Assembly (NCBI RefSeq): GCF_028641065.1
Contig: NC_073390.1
Span: forward strand, 13,578,001-13,642,000
DNA from: Leucoraja erinacea
Taxonomy: Eukaryota
Direction of reading: 5' to 3'
Length of the DNA stretch: 64,000 nt
In this document: positions 52,591 through 64,000 of the stretch, one piece after another
How the letters are laid out: each line of letters opens with the position of its first letter
How positions within the stretch are numbered: position 1 is the first letter of the stretch
Notes under the pieces: model-generated
What the model was told of the DNA's origin: nothing
Databases searched by the model: none
The model's input: only the letters and a program-made list of their open reading frames with translations
Position numbers and translations under genes: made by a program

Positions 52591-53533
52591 CTTCCTCAAT
52601 TGCAGTACCCATTAGCTGAAAACTCTTCACAACATAATTTTTGTACACCGTTTTCATTTTCTATTTTGGTCATTCTTCTGGCTTCTGCCTGACTAGTACA
52701 TTATGATTCACTTCATAAAGAGGAGGCCTTTTTCCCATGGAGCTAGATAGGCTCTTTGTTAAATCTCTCACGGCTTTAAATAGGAAGGGGTCAGCTGTGG
52801 TGATCCCAGGTCCTAGTAATCAAACTTGTTTTTTTTAAATACATTTATGATTCTGTCCCACATTTTGTTAAAATAACTAAATTGCTATGCCCAATTTTAC
52901 TCGGTACATGCAGAATGATTCAATTCAGCTTAAGCACACAATTGCTTGGGTATGTAACATCAAACCCTTAAAGTAATTTTTCCATATAAATGTAAAGGAT
53001 TATGGGCGAGTGGTGTATCGCGCATGTGTAAAAGCATAATCAAACTGAATACAACGAATCAGAGGACCCATCATCTCCAAAATGAGCTGGTAAAGTTTAT
53101 TTCAAAACTGATATCATTTATTCCATCACTTGATACAATCTTTAGTATAATTATAGCTCACATACAATTTAGAGGGAGAGCGACATTTTGCCAAAACCAC
53201 TTTACAAACAGTGGTAGGAGGTCCATCATACTACACTAAAGCCCATGGACTAAATCACTTCTGAATAAATACTAAATGACTCTCAGCAATTACAGAATAT
53301 AATCAGAAAACTAAGCTAAATGATCTGGTGGGGAAACCCTCTGGTCACCAGAGGCATTCTTTACAAATCTTCTTCGGAGAATGTATATTCCCACTGAGCC
53401 AAGGTACATTCTGACCATCTGGATGTTGTTATGGAAGAACCATTTTATATTAACATCAAGAAGACACAGAGGAAAAAATGCAGGTCATTGGCTTAAAGTA
53501 GCTTACTTTAATTTAACTTTGATTGCCTATATA

Positions 53534-55172
53534 CAGTGCCCTCCATAATGTCTGGGACAAAGACCCAACATTTATTTATTTGCCTCTGTACTTCACAATT
53601 TGTAATAGTAAAAAAATCACATGTGGTTAAAGTGCACATTGTCAGATTTTATTAAAGGCCATTTTTATACATTTTGGTTTCACCATGTAGAAATTACAGC
53701 TGTGTTTATACATAGTTCCCCCCATTTCAGGGCACCGTAATGTTTGGGACACATGGCTTCACAGGCATTTGTAATTGCTCAGGTGTGTTCAATTGCCTCC
53801 TTAATGCAGGTATACGAGGGCTCTCCGCACCTAGTCTTTCCACCAGTCTTTCCGTCACATTTGGATGCATGGCAGATGAAGTTTAATGCGGATAAATGTG
53901 AGGTTATCCACTCTGGTAGCAAAAACAGGAAAGCAGATTACTATCTAAATGGCGTCAAGTTGGGAAAAGGGGAAGTACAACGGGATCTGGTGGTCCTTGT
54001 TCATCAGTCTATGAAAGTAAGCATGCAGGTACAGCAGGCAGTGAAGAAAATGAATGGCATGTTGGCCTTTATAACAAGAGGAATCAAATATAGGAGCAAA
54101 GAGGACCTTCTGCAGTTGTACAGAGCCCTAGTGAGACCACACCTGGAGTATTGTATGCAGTTTTGGTCCCCAAGTTTGAGGAAGGACATTCTTGCTATTG
54201 AGGGAGTGGAGCGTAGGTTTACAAGGTTAATTCCCGGGATGGCAGGACTGTCATATGCTGAGAGAATGGAGCAACTGGGCTTGTACACTCTGGAGTTTAG
54301 AAGGATGAGAGGGGATCTCATTGAAGCACATAAGATTGTTAAGGATTTGGACACGCTGGAGGCAGGAAACATGTTCCCAATGTTGGGGGAGTCCAGAACC
54401 AGGGGCCACAGTTTAAGAATAAGGAGTAAACCATTTAGAACGGAGACGAGGAAACACTTTTTCTCATAAACAGTGGTGAGTTGTGGAATTTTCTGCCTCA
54501 GAGGGCGGTGGAGTCAGGTCTGAAGTGTATAGACACATCCTAACTGCTCAAGTTCAAACAAATGCCTCAAAACTCATTGGCCGGCGGTTCATTGCACAGC
54601 AAGACAATGATCCCAGACATACTGCTAAAGCAACAAAGGAGTTTTTCAAAGCTAAAAAATGATCAATTCTTCAGTGGCCAAGTCAATCACCCGATCTGAA
54701 CCCAATTGAGCATGCCTTTTTTATGCTGAAGAGAAAACTGAAGGGGACTAGACTCCAAAACAAGCCTGAAGGGGACTAGACTCCAAAATAAACTAAAGTT
54801 GGCTGCAATACAGGCCTGGAAGAGCATCAGCAGAGAAGACACCCAGCAATTGATGTGTCCATGAATCGCAGACTTCAAGCAGTCATTGCATGCAAAGGAT
54901 ATGCAACAAAATACTAAACATGACTACTTTCATTTACATGACATTGCTGTGTCCCAAACATTATGGTGCCCTGAAATGGGGGGTACTATGTATAAACATG
55001 CTGTAATTTCTACTTGGTGAAACCAAAATGTATAAAAATGGCCTTTATTAAAATCTGACAGTGTGCACTTTAACCCCACGTGATTTTTTTCTATTACAAA
55101 TCTCAAATTGTGGAGTACAGAGGCAAATAAATAAATGATGGGTCTTTGTCCCAAACATTATGTAGGGCACTG
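53534..55172 (+). mobile_element. Second Tc1-family element, non-autonomous, with internal CR1 LINE fragment
   Basis: TA flanks; ~220-bp TIRs CAGTGCCCT(C/A)CATAATG...; decayed transposase C-terminus ([21 protein letters not shown]) at ~54590-54720; CR1 RT fragment ~53862-54520. Confidence 0.9.
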
Positions 55173-56924
55173 TAGTTCAGACCAAATACAAATTATTTCC
55201 CTCCACTCACAATGATAATATTTGGATACAAATATCAAGGTTTCACATTGCACAATTACTTTTCAGCAGTAACCTGATGAAGTGGGTGCGGAAAGTTAAA
55301 ATGAGAACAAAAAAAGTGAGAGCTGCACTGGACACGTAATATACAAGGCTGCACGCACCCGTTCTCAAATAGCAAACGGCAGATCATGCTCTACCAAGTT
55401 AGTCTTTGGCAAAGAAGCAACACTTATTGGTGCAAGAAAGTCCGACGTGATTGCTAAAGGGCACAAAACGTCACGTTTCGGAATCTGCAGAAAAATGATT
55501 CTCAAGATGCCTAGAAAAAGAGATGGGCAGGTTATCATTACAAAAACAATTAAGATGACTAAACAGAAAAAAGACTGTTGGATCGGAATAATTTGCTTTA
55601 TGTAATAAGGCAATACCTTCCTTGAGGATTTATATATTGCAGAGATGGATTCTAATCTAATACTGTCTAATAATTGCTAAATTTATTCAAAGTCCTCTAC
55701 CTAGAACCTTAATAGGGTAGCCTCTGAATAACATCACCAAAATTATTCCATGATCTGTTTGAGCTTCCCTTCTCTCATTTAATTTTATTTTGCCGACATT
55801 CATTCCCTTCTCACCAATGCAATAACCACAGCCATATTGTCAAGGCCAATGGAAAAGTAGAATTGCATAAATATGTGAAAGAGACCCCATGATTTCATAG
55901 GAGGATGCGCCTGGAGTCTCTGCTCAATTGTGCTAGTATTAAAGTGAGAAAAACCAAGAACAGATCGGGTCTAGCCAAAAATCTATTTTTTACAATCTTT
56001 GGTGCTAGTTTAAAAATCACTGCACTATAAGCCAATATTGCCTACAAAATGGGCCATACCCAGAGGACAAGTTAAACATCACTGTGAACCTCTGTTAGTT
56101 GGTTCCAATGGTTGGCCTTTGAGAGTTTTAAAAGGGTATAAAGCTATATTGGGCAGGTTTTACATGATTTTGATAATGTAAATGACTACAGACTGACAGG
56201 TACAACATTTTAACTAGCAAATGATTCGGTCTATTTTAAAAATGGTTATTTGCTTAGAATTCAGTTACTAGCAGGTGATAAAGAAAGATTACAATGCTCA
56301 TTTTTGTCAAAAATCCACAGCCATAGTATTGGATCTGTACCAAGTTATCACTTAAATATAAAAGAACATAATTTAAAGCAAAGTCTTAAAAAGCACTCAC
56401 TGAAATACTGACTAATTTTGTTTTAATTGATAATACTTAAATGAATTTGAGAAGAAACCCGAGTAAATAAAACTGGAGGAAATTATGTCCAAATTACTGA
56501 CTACATTTTGAGCAGAAACTCTATCCCGAGTTGGTTTTGCTTTCCAGATACAAGAACAATGACTCAATACGTAGCTACATTTACAAGGCTAAATTTTTCA
56601 CATTTGCGATGTTTTGGGATTTGGAATGATCTCTTGTTTTGTTCTCAACTTTCACACACACCATGCTAAAATCACCAAAATTAGAACACAATTCAAAATA
56701 CTATACACCTACAAATTAAGTCACCTCTGAAGCTGGCGGCATAAGCTCACTTAGTGCACAGGGTAAAACACTGGATAGAAGTCGTGGCGGGGATTGTGAT
56801 AAATTGCATGGTATTCTTCCACTGGAGCATTCTCCCAATCTTAAAAACAAAACGCTAATTGTGTTTCTCACCTTTAGGTTTAAAATTCTACATTTTTAGG
56901 CAAGATTCCTAGTTTAAAAGATGT

Positions 56925-59900
56925 TTAATTGTCATAAACCTGATACCATAGCTGTTGATTGTTCTGTTTGTGTTTAGCAAGATGCCACACGAGCTCGCTG
57001 TTGTTTGCAAATCTCAGCATGCACATCTCACATTTGTATGGTAGCGCTGCGGTGTGGCCCAAGTCTATGTGTGTTTGGAGGTTTGACATTTGCTCCGTCG
57101 AGTAATCACAGTACTGACACAAATAGATCTCCTGAGATGTGTGCAAGTTCAAGTGTTTGTCATATTCAGCGGTGTTGCAAAACCCCTTCCCACAATCATC
57201 GCACACGTACGGAAAGAAGCGGGCATGTTCAATCGCCACGTGCCTGTTGACATTGGCATACAGCCGGCTCCTGTAGCCACAGGACTGACATATAAAGAAA
57301 TTACGGTACCGGTCAAAGCTCACTTTGCTCAGAAAACCCGCTGATCCGTGAAGTCCATCTTCGGAGGTATCATTCATCTCCATTAGGCAGTAAGTATGTT
57401 CAGAAAGGACATGGCCGTGCAGCTCAGTGGCATCGTCCGTGCCATACTCACAGAACTGGCAGAGGTATTCCTCATCACCATCATGCTGCTGCAGGTGAAG
57501 GTGGAGGTCACTGGTACTGCTGAAGTGAATGTCGCACTGCTCACACCAGTATAGATACTCACCGATGTGGGCGTCTGCTACATGCAACTCCAGCTCCCTT
57601 GGGTTGTCAGCACTGTGGCTGCAGAGCTGACAAGCACTTGGCTCATCCGCCTCGTGGACCTGCAAGTGCTTATGGAGCAGACTGTATGTTAGGAATTCAC
57701 GCTTACAGACTGGGCAGATGTTAGACAGAGTGTCCGTGTGTCTGAGAATAACGTGTTGTTTCAGCTCCAGCGGGTACTTGCTGTTAAAATCACAATGCTC
57801 ACAGCTGTAGAGTCCATCGCAGGATGGTTTCCGCAGAGGCCACTTGTGTTGGTATAGAATCCCCATGCATGGAGATTTTACTGGTCTTTCAGAACCATCA
57901 CTAACTGAACTTTCTGTTGTATCATCTTGGTGTTTATTGGAGAGAGAAATGTTCTGGTCAGAATGGTAGGTGTTAAATTTTCCATCTTGGTCGTTAAAAA
58001 GGCTCCAGTTTTCAATCCCGCAGTGCCTTTTATTAGTTCCTTTTAAAAATGTATTAATTGGCCTCACTGTCATATAAAGGTCTGAAAAGCAAACAAGATA
58101 TATCATGATGTATTTAAGGCTTTATTTTGATAAATCCACCCATTCCTCCAATTTTTTAGGGAACAAAATTAAAATTTCCCCCATGGTAATTATGGGGAAG
58201 TGAGGCAAAGATAATGTTTTGAAAGTTAACGTGGAAACTGCATGGCATCTAGATGGCATGGGGCAGCACGGTTTCGTAGCGGTAGAGTTGCTGCCTGACA
58301 GCACCGTGGCTTGGTGGGAGAGTTGCTGCCTTGCACCACCAGATACCCGGATTCAATCTTGACCGTGGGTGCTGTCTGTACGGAGTTGGTACGTTCTCTC
58401 CGTGACCTGGTGGGTTTTCTCCGGGAGCTCCGCTTTCATCCCAAATTCCAAAGACACACAGGTTTGTAAGTTAATTTTCTTCAGTAAGATTTGTAAATTG
58501 TTCCTAGCATGTAGGAAAGTGCTAGTGTACGGGGATCGCTGGTCGGTGCGGACTCGGTGGGCTGAAGGGCCTGTTTCCTCGCTGTATCTCTAAACTAAAA
58601 ACTAAACTAAAGCTATATAGCGCGGAAAAAGACTTTTTGGACGAATGCAAGGAAATGTAGGGACAGGTGTTGCATCTCCTGCGGTTACAGAGGCAATGCA
58701 CCTACTGAGTGGGTGGTTAGGGTGGGAAAGGAAGAGTGAATCAAGGAGTTATGGAGGAAATAGTCTCAGTGGAAAGCAGAAAGTGGATGGGAAGATGTGA
58801 CTGGTGGTAGGATCACAGTGAATGTGGTGGAAATGTCAGAAAACTATGTTTTGGATGGGGAGGCTGGTGGGGTGAAAGGTGGGAACCAGTGGAAACTCTA
58901 TCCTTGTTCCATCTGGGGGGGGGAGAGCGAGAGCAGAACTATAGGACACAGAGGAAACATGGGCGAGGGATCCATCTACGTAGCAGGGGGGAAACCGTGT
59001 TTCCTAGAGACAGAAGGCATCTGAGATGTCCTAGAGTGGAGGCCCTCACGTTGGGAGCAGATGCAGTGGAGACAGAGAAATTGAGAGTAAAGGATGGTGT
59101 CCTTGCAAGAGGCAGGGTGGGAGGTGGTGTAGTCCAAATAACTGGGACTCAGGGGGTATATTGTCAATAGTGACTGAGAAAAGGGAGAGTGGTGTCAGAC
59201 ATTTTTCTGTCTCCATCACAGGGGATAGATTATCGATTGACGTCTACAATAAACGCACTGACTTCCCATTCCCATAATGGTCTTTCTGTCCTGAGACTCC
59301 CCACTTGCAGGGTAAGGCCAGATACAAACTGGAGGAACAGCACCTCATATTCCACTTGAGTAGCTGACAACCCAATGGTAAGAACATAGAATTCTTCAAT
59401 TTTAGGTAATTAATTAACCAGGATATAATCCCAACCTCTTTCCAGTGCCCCAACTGGTGCACATTGATGTCTTCCACAATCTTGTCTCCATTTACCCTTC
59501 CCCCTCTATCCCTTCCTCAGGCTTTACATTTCAACCCCTCTTCTCTCCTTATTTCACACCCTTTTGTCTTTCCATCTCTGTCATTTGTTAAATTATTTGT
59601 CAATCAACCCCCCCCCCCACACACACACACACACACACCTGTATCCACCTATCACTTGCCTGGCTTTGTCCTGTCCACCTCGTTTCCAATTTCCTCCCTT
59701 TTACTACAATCAGTCAGAAGAAGGGTCTATTCATGTCCTCTAGAGGTTCTGCCCAACATGCTGAGTTACTCCATCATTTCGGGTCTTTTTTTGTAAACCA
59801 GCATCTGCAGGCCCTTGTGTCTACTTGATACTTTTGTACCTTGGCAGTAATTGGAAAGCCCACTCCACCACCATTATCTAGATTCACACAGTCACTCAAC

Positions 59901-62900
59901 ACAGCCAAAGCCAGCAACATTGAAAACATAACCCAGTAAGATCCACTGCAAGGATTTGGCGAGAAAATTATGGGAAAGAGGGAAAGGAAATAATAATAAA
60001 TAGTCTAAAGTTTTACTGGCTTCTTTTGGTTTGCTGCGTCTTTCACAAACTTGTTGCAATTAAGAAACATCCAGTTTTGATTTCCACTCCACAATCATAA
60101 AAGCACAATTCAGAATAATAAGCAAGTGCAAATTGCATTTCAAGGAAAGATAATTCTCACACGTACAAATATTCTTCATCAACAGTTTCATCCTACCTTG
60201 TGAATCACTTGAGTAAGTGCAGTGTTCGGGACTGCTTTCACCTTCATCTTCAACCGTGGAATCGAACCCTGCAAAAGGGACATTAGTATTTTGAGAATGA
60301 ATTCTATCAAAAGCTAAATTGCCTACCGAGGGTTTACAGAAAATGAATCATACATTGTCACTATTTTAGCACCTTGTACAAATGTTCATTCTACTCAGAA
60401 ATATGGTATTTAAATTCTCAGAAATATGGTATTTAAATCCTCAAATATAATAATTGCCCTCCAGATTGCTTTCTTCATATGCATGCTGGCATTCAATGAT
60501 ACAAAACCATGAAATGCTGTAAATACTCAAATCGAATCAGGCAGTTTCTGTAAAAAGAGAACCAGGGTTAACATTTTATGTGTGGAGGTTCTTTGAACTT
60601 AAATTGCTGAGTGATTGCAGCATTTTCTGGTTTTATTTCCGTGGTCCAATTTCATTGACCTTCAGTGCCTTGTCTACAAGGTGACCCAGGTCCCTTTAAC
60701 TCTAACCAATCCATCATCGGTTAATAAATATTATGCCTTTCAGTTATGTGCACCAAACACTGCTTTTATGTTCCAGGCAAGAAAACATGAAAGCTCAAAT
60801 GGGGCAACTTTCCATGAAATTGATAAATCTCCAGGAACTGTCTGGCCTCCACTCACTTGTTTTCTTAAATACAATGTGCTTGCACAGGTCCCTGCACTGA
60901 AATTGGAAGTTGACAACACAAGAGTATAAAAGCAGAGAAACAATGCTGTCTGTAAAGATCATAATTTCACCAGTTATGACTGTCTTCATTATAAGTGCTT
61001 GTACTTTAAGAAAATGTCAAGGAAAAACGCTGAAGGAACTCAGTCGTTCAGGATCCTTTTTAGAATGGGAAAGGAGGAAAGGAATTAGAACAGAAAAGAG
61101 ATCTTACAAAAATGAACAAAATATCAGGGAAACTTTGATAAGACTGGAACATTTACCTCTGCTGTTTAGTCAGTTAATAATCAAAAGTCATTGATACAAA
61201 CTCACAAGGCAAGAATAATTTTTTTTTTTAAAGTGAGCAACTAGAAAGAATAGTAGACAGAATTTGTAAAAGCTTTGAGAAAATTAGATTTTGATTCAAA
61301 GGGTAAAGCACATGCATATGGTGTAAATGGGTTATCCTTTCAGTGAGTTAGAACAGACAGGAAGGGCCAAAAAGCCTTTATTGAAGCAAAACATTTCCAC
61401 CCCTGTACTCAAAATCTCTCAAAATAAAGATCAACATACAATTTGCCTTCCTAATCAATGCAGCACCTACACCTTGTGTAGAGACTAATGCACAAGAATC
61501 CCTAGATCACCTTGAACCTCCTGCCTTTTGGTGGTCTAATAAAATGTATAATATCGTAAGAGAAGCTGTCAGGGTGAATACGGAACGCACACTTCCCTTA
61601 ACGGGGTCTAACTAGAAGCTTATTTCAGAAGTTAGAGATGGAAGCACAGGGTAGATTAGCTGCCATGCAGCACCAAAGACCTGGGTTCGATCCTGACCAC
61701 GGGTGCTGTCTGTACATAGGTTGTACGTCCTCAGCAATGGGCGCTCAGGTTTGTAGGCTTTTGTAAATTATCTAGTGTATTTTGTAAACTATTCCTAGTG
61801 GCTTTTGTAAATTTTCCCTAGTGTATAGGATAGTGCTGACAAGTGTACGAGGTGATCGCTGGTCGGTGTGGACTTAGTGGGTCAAAAGGCCCGTTTCCAC
61901 GCTGTAAGGTCTAAATAATAGTTACCCATCGAAGATTGCAAGTGGAGGCACTTTATCACCAAGTTCATGACTATTTAGTCTATTTAACCTCAGATTTATG
62001 AAAACAGGGTATGCAAGGTTGAAATGCACTGACATTTGAACAACTGAAAGTTAAGGGTTTTTTTTGGTGGTGAGGGGGACATAGAGAAAGCAGTTTTGAT
62101 GCTAAAATTGTATTAGCCAGGATGTTATTGAAGGGTAAAACAGACTCAAAGGACTGATTGACCTGCTCCAGTTTCTCATGTTCCAGTTATGGCCATCAAG
62201 CATAGATACATCTTAGGGAGGCTCGGGAAAATGGACAATATGCTGCTGGAGGAACTCAGCAGGTCCAGCAGTATCAAATGAACAGGCAAGGTTTTGAAGC
62301 AGGACTTTTCCTCGGACTGCTGCCTGATCCTCTGAGTTCCTTCATCGATTGTTTATTGCTCAAGATTCCAGCATCTGCAGTTTCTGGTGTCTCCTCTGCG
62401 AAAATGGAATTGTGGTTAGATAATGACCTGCATGTCCCTTTCTGAATATTGTCATAAATGTTGCAGGAAGTTTTGAACTGTAGGAAACATAATGGACATT
62501 TTACACTTAGCTATAACTCACAATGTGATACTGATTAATAGGAATCTGAGGGGTAACATTTTCACACAAAAAGTGGTGGGTGTATGTAAGCTGCCAGAGG
62601 AGGTAGTTCAGGCAGGGACTATCCGACATTTAATAAACGGTTAGACAGGTATGGGTAGGACAGGTTTGGGGAGAAATGGACCACATGCGTTCAGTTGGGA
62701 TTAGTGTAGTTGGCCGGTGTGGGCAAGTTGGGCCGAAGGGCCTGTTTCCACACTGTATCAAAGGTATCAAAGGTATTTTATTGGTCACATTCACATACAC
62801 CGAGGTGTAATGAAGTGAAATGCTTTTTGCCATTTTGCAGTACACAAAAAAAGAATACAGACATAACACCAATGAGAGTCTTAAACACAAAGAATATCCC

Positions 62901-63592
62901 CCCACAATGGCTCACACCATGAGGAAAGGCACAAAGTCCAGTCCCCAACCCCAGTTCGCCCATAGTCGGGCCTATTGAGGCCTCCACAGTTGCCTCTACG
63001 GAGGCCCGATCACTCTATAACTCTAGGGTCACATAGTTTATGTTGGCTGATTTATAGATTCCACAATTCCAGCCATATTAGAGATGACAAACTGTCCTTC
63101 TGCGCATCAGTAACATGGGATATTTTACAAAATGTTTAAGAAGGAACTGCAGATGCTGGAAAATCAAAGGTAGACAAAAATGCTGGAGAAACTCAGCGGG
63201 TGAGGCAGCATCTATGGAACGAAGGAAATGGGCAACGTTTCATGTCGAAACCGTTCTTCAGACCAGCAGATGCTCGTTGGGTCCCTGTCACCTCCACCTC
63301 CCCCCTTCCCTCCCGGCCTCAGCCCATAGTAGGGTCCTTATTTTATTTTTTAAACCCTTCCCTCAGCAGTCCCTCACACACCCTTCCTTCCACGCACCCC
63401 CACCCACGCCCTTCCCTCGGGGGCCCTTCACCCCGCTTCTCTCCCCCACCGCACCCATCCTGCTGCTCTGCTCTCCCCCCCCCCACCCCCGGGCTAGTGT
63501 TGCCCCCTCCAGTATGCCCTCCTGCCAGCGATACCTGAATACCGCGAGGGGTTTAAGCTCTTCCTCCTCTTCCTTTTGCCACGGTCGCTCAT
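56925..63592 (-). CDS. ZNF639: C2H2 zinc finger protein 639; exons 63592-63535, 60268-60197, 58081-56925 (an additional internal exon may have been missed)
   Basis: 58-nt first exon MSDRGKRKRRKSLNPSRYS resembles ZNF639 (KKRKRKTLHPSRYS). The large last exon has eight C2H2 fingers including LYWCEQCDIHFSSTSDLHLH and FICQSCGYRSRLYANVNRHVAIEH. Phase-1 junctions are compatible; the middle exon is less certain. Confidence 0.9.
58260..58610 (+). mobile_element. HE1-like tRNA SINE (representative; related copies at ~6005-6324, 13230-13477, 28085-28260, 31180-31350, 39370-39590, 45090-45320, 48580-48877, 61645-61910)
   Basis: A-box-like GGTTTCGTAGCGGTAGAGTTGCTGCC, B-box-like GGATTCAATC, conserved body CGTGACC..GGGTTTTCTCCGGG, CR1-type tail GGGCTGAAGGGCCTGTTTCC..(CTAAA)n. 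Confidence 0.75.
58640..59820. mobile_element. Penelope-like element fragments in inverted arrangement
   Basis: Minus-strand YLDYTTSHPASCKDTILYSQFLCLHCICS (RT thumb region) to ~59250, then plus-strand KLEEQHLIFHL 3' end and pLTR repeat. Confidence 0.65.
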
Positions 63593-63900
63593 CTTGTGGC
63601 CGGAGCCCGGGCCCGGTTCCGGTTCCAAATCCAGGCCCGGACCTGCTCCGCTCCTCACACCGACCGCTGCCGCCTCGAAACCCGGCCCGGTCTCCGCCCC
63701 AGCAAAACGGGCAGGCAAGGCAAGGCAAGGCCAGGCCCCGAGCCGCGACCTGTTGGCCTAATGGAAGCGGGCGGATGGACGGCGCTCTCTCTCCCCGCTC
63801 GGCCAAGGCCCCGAGCCGCTGCTCCCCAATCGCTTCGCTTCAACTCGCTCGAAAATGGAGACGGTCCCTAACGCGGTGACGTCAGCTCCGCTCCCGCTCG
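63400..63900 (-). promoter_or_regulatory. ZNF639 CpG island/promoter with palindromic CRE
   Basis: Very GC/CpG-rich around exon 1; TGACGTCA 63877-63884; CCAAT near 63826. Confidence 0.65.
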
Positions 63901-64000
63901 GCTTTTAACTGTCTACTAAGGGAGCGTCTGTATTTTACAATTCAGCTCTAAAAGGTGTGTTGGCAGGGACATCTCTTGTTTGTGTATCTGCATTCGCCAT

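Noticed and set aside
58260-58365. tRNA-like A/B boxes here and in other SINE copies
   Set aside because: SINE heads without a cloverleaf; not tRNA genes.
60853-60897. Possible small cassette exon in ZNF639 intron 1 (CAA|GTGAGT donor on minus strand)
   Set aside because: Would be 35 or 40 nt and frameshifting; no homology or transcript evidence.
63115-63879. 254-aa and 147-aa ORFs over the ZNF639 5' end
   Set aside because: CpG-island and repeat read-through; only the 58-nt exon has homology.

Overview
Vertebrate genomic DNA, most likely a cartilaginous fish (skate/ray-like; inferred from the repeat complement of HE1-type tRNA SINEs, CR1/HER1-like LINEs and Penelope-like elements). Four spliced protein-coding genes can be reconstructed by hand with GT-AG junctions: SLC19A3 (minus; two coding exons visible, remainder outside the window or in gaps), complete EIF4A2 (plus; 11 exons, 407 aa), complete RFC4 (minus; 10 coding exons, 360 aa) and ZNF639 (minus; at least 3 coding exons). 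EIF4A2 introns host SNORD2, SNORA81 and an H/ACA-like RNA I cannot assign. Most of the rest is transposable-element debris, including a young full-length Tc1 element. The most unusual signals are: (1) two 28-bp palindromes flanked by 8-bp target duplications, each just upstream of a housekeeping CpG promoter, that look like P-element-type excision footprints, plus a matching element end lying at a duplication breakpoint; (2) a triple-CCAAT/YY1 promoter-like module inside EIF4A2 intron 4; (3) an orphan H/ACA snoRNA candidate; (4) minimal hammerhead-ribozyme motifs in Penelope-derived repeats, one apparently inserted as its own short unit. No database searches were run, and comparisons to human sequences are from memory.
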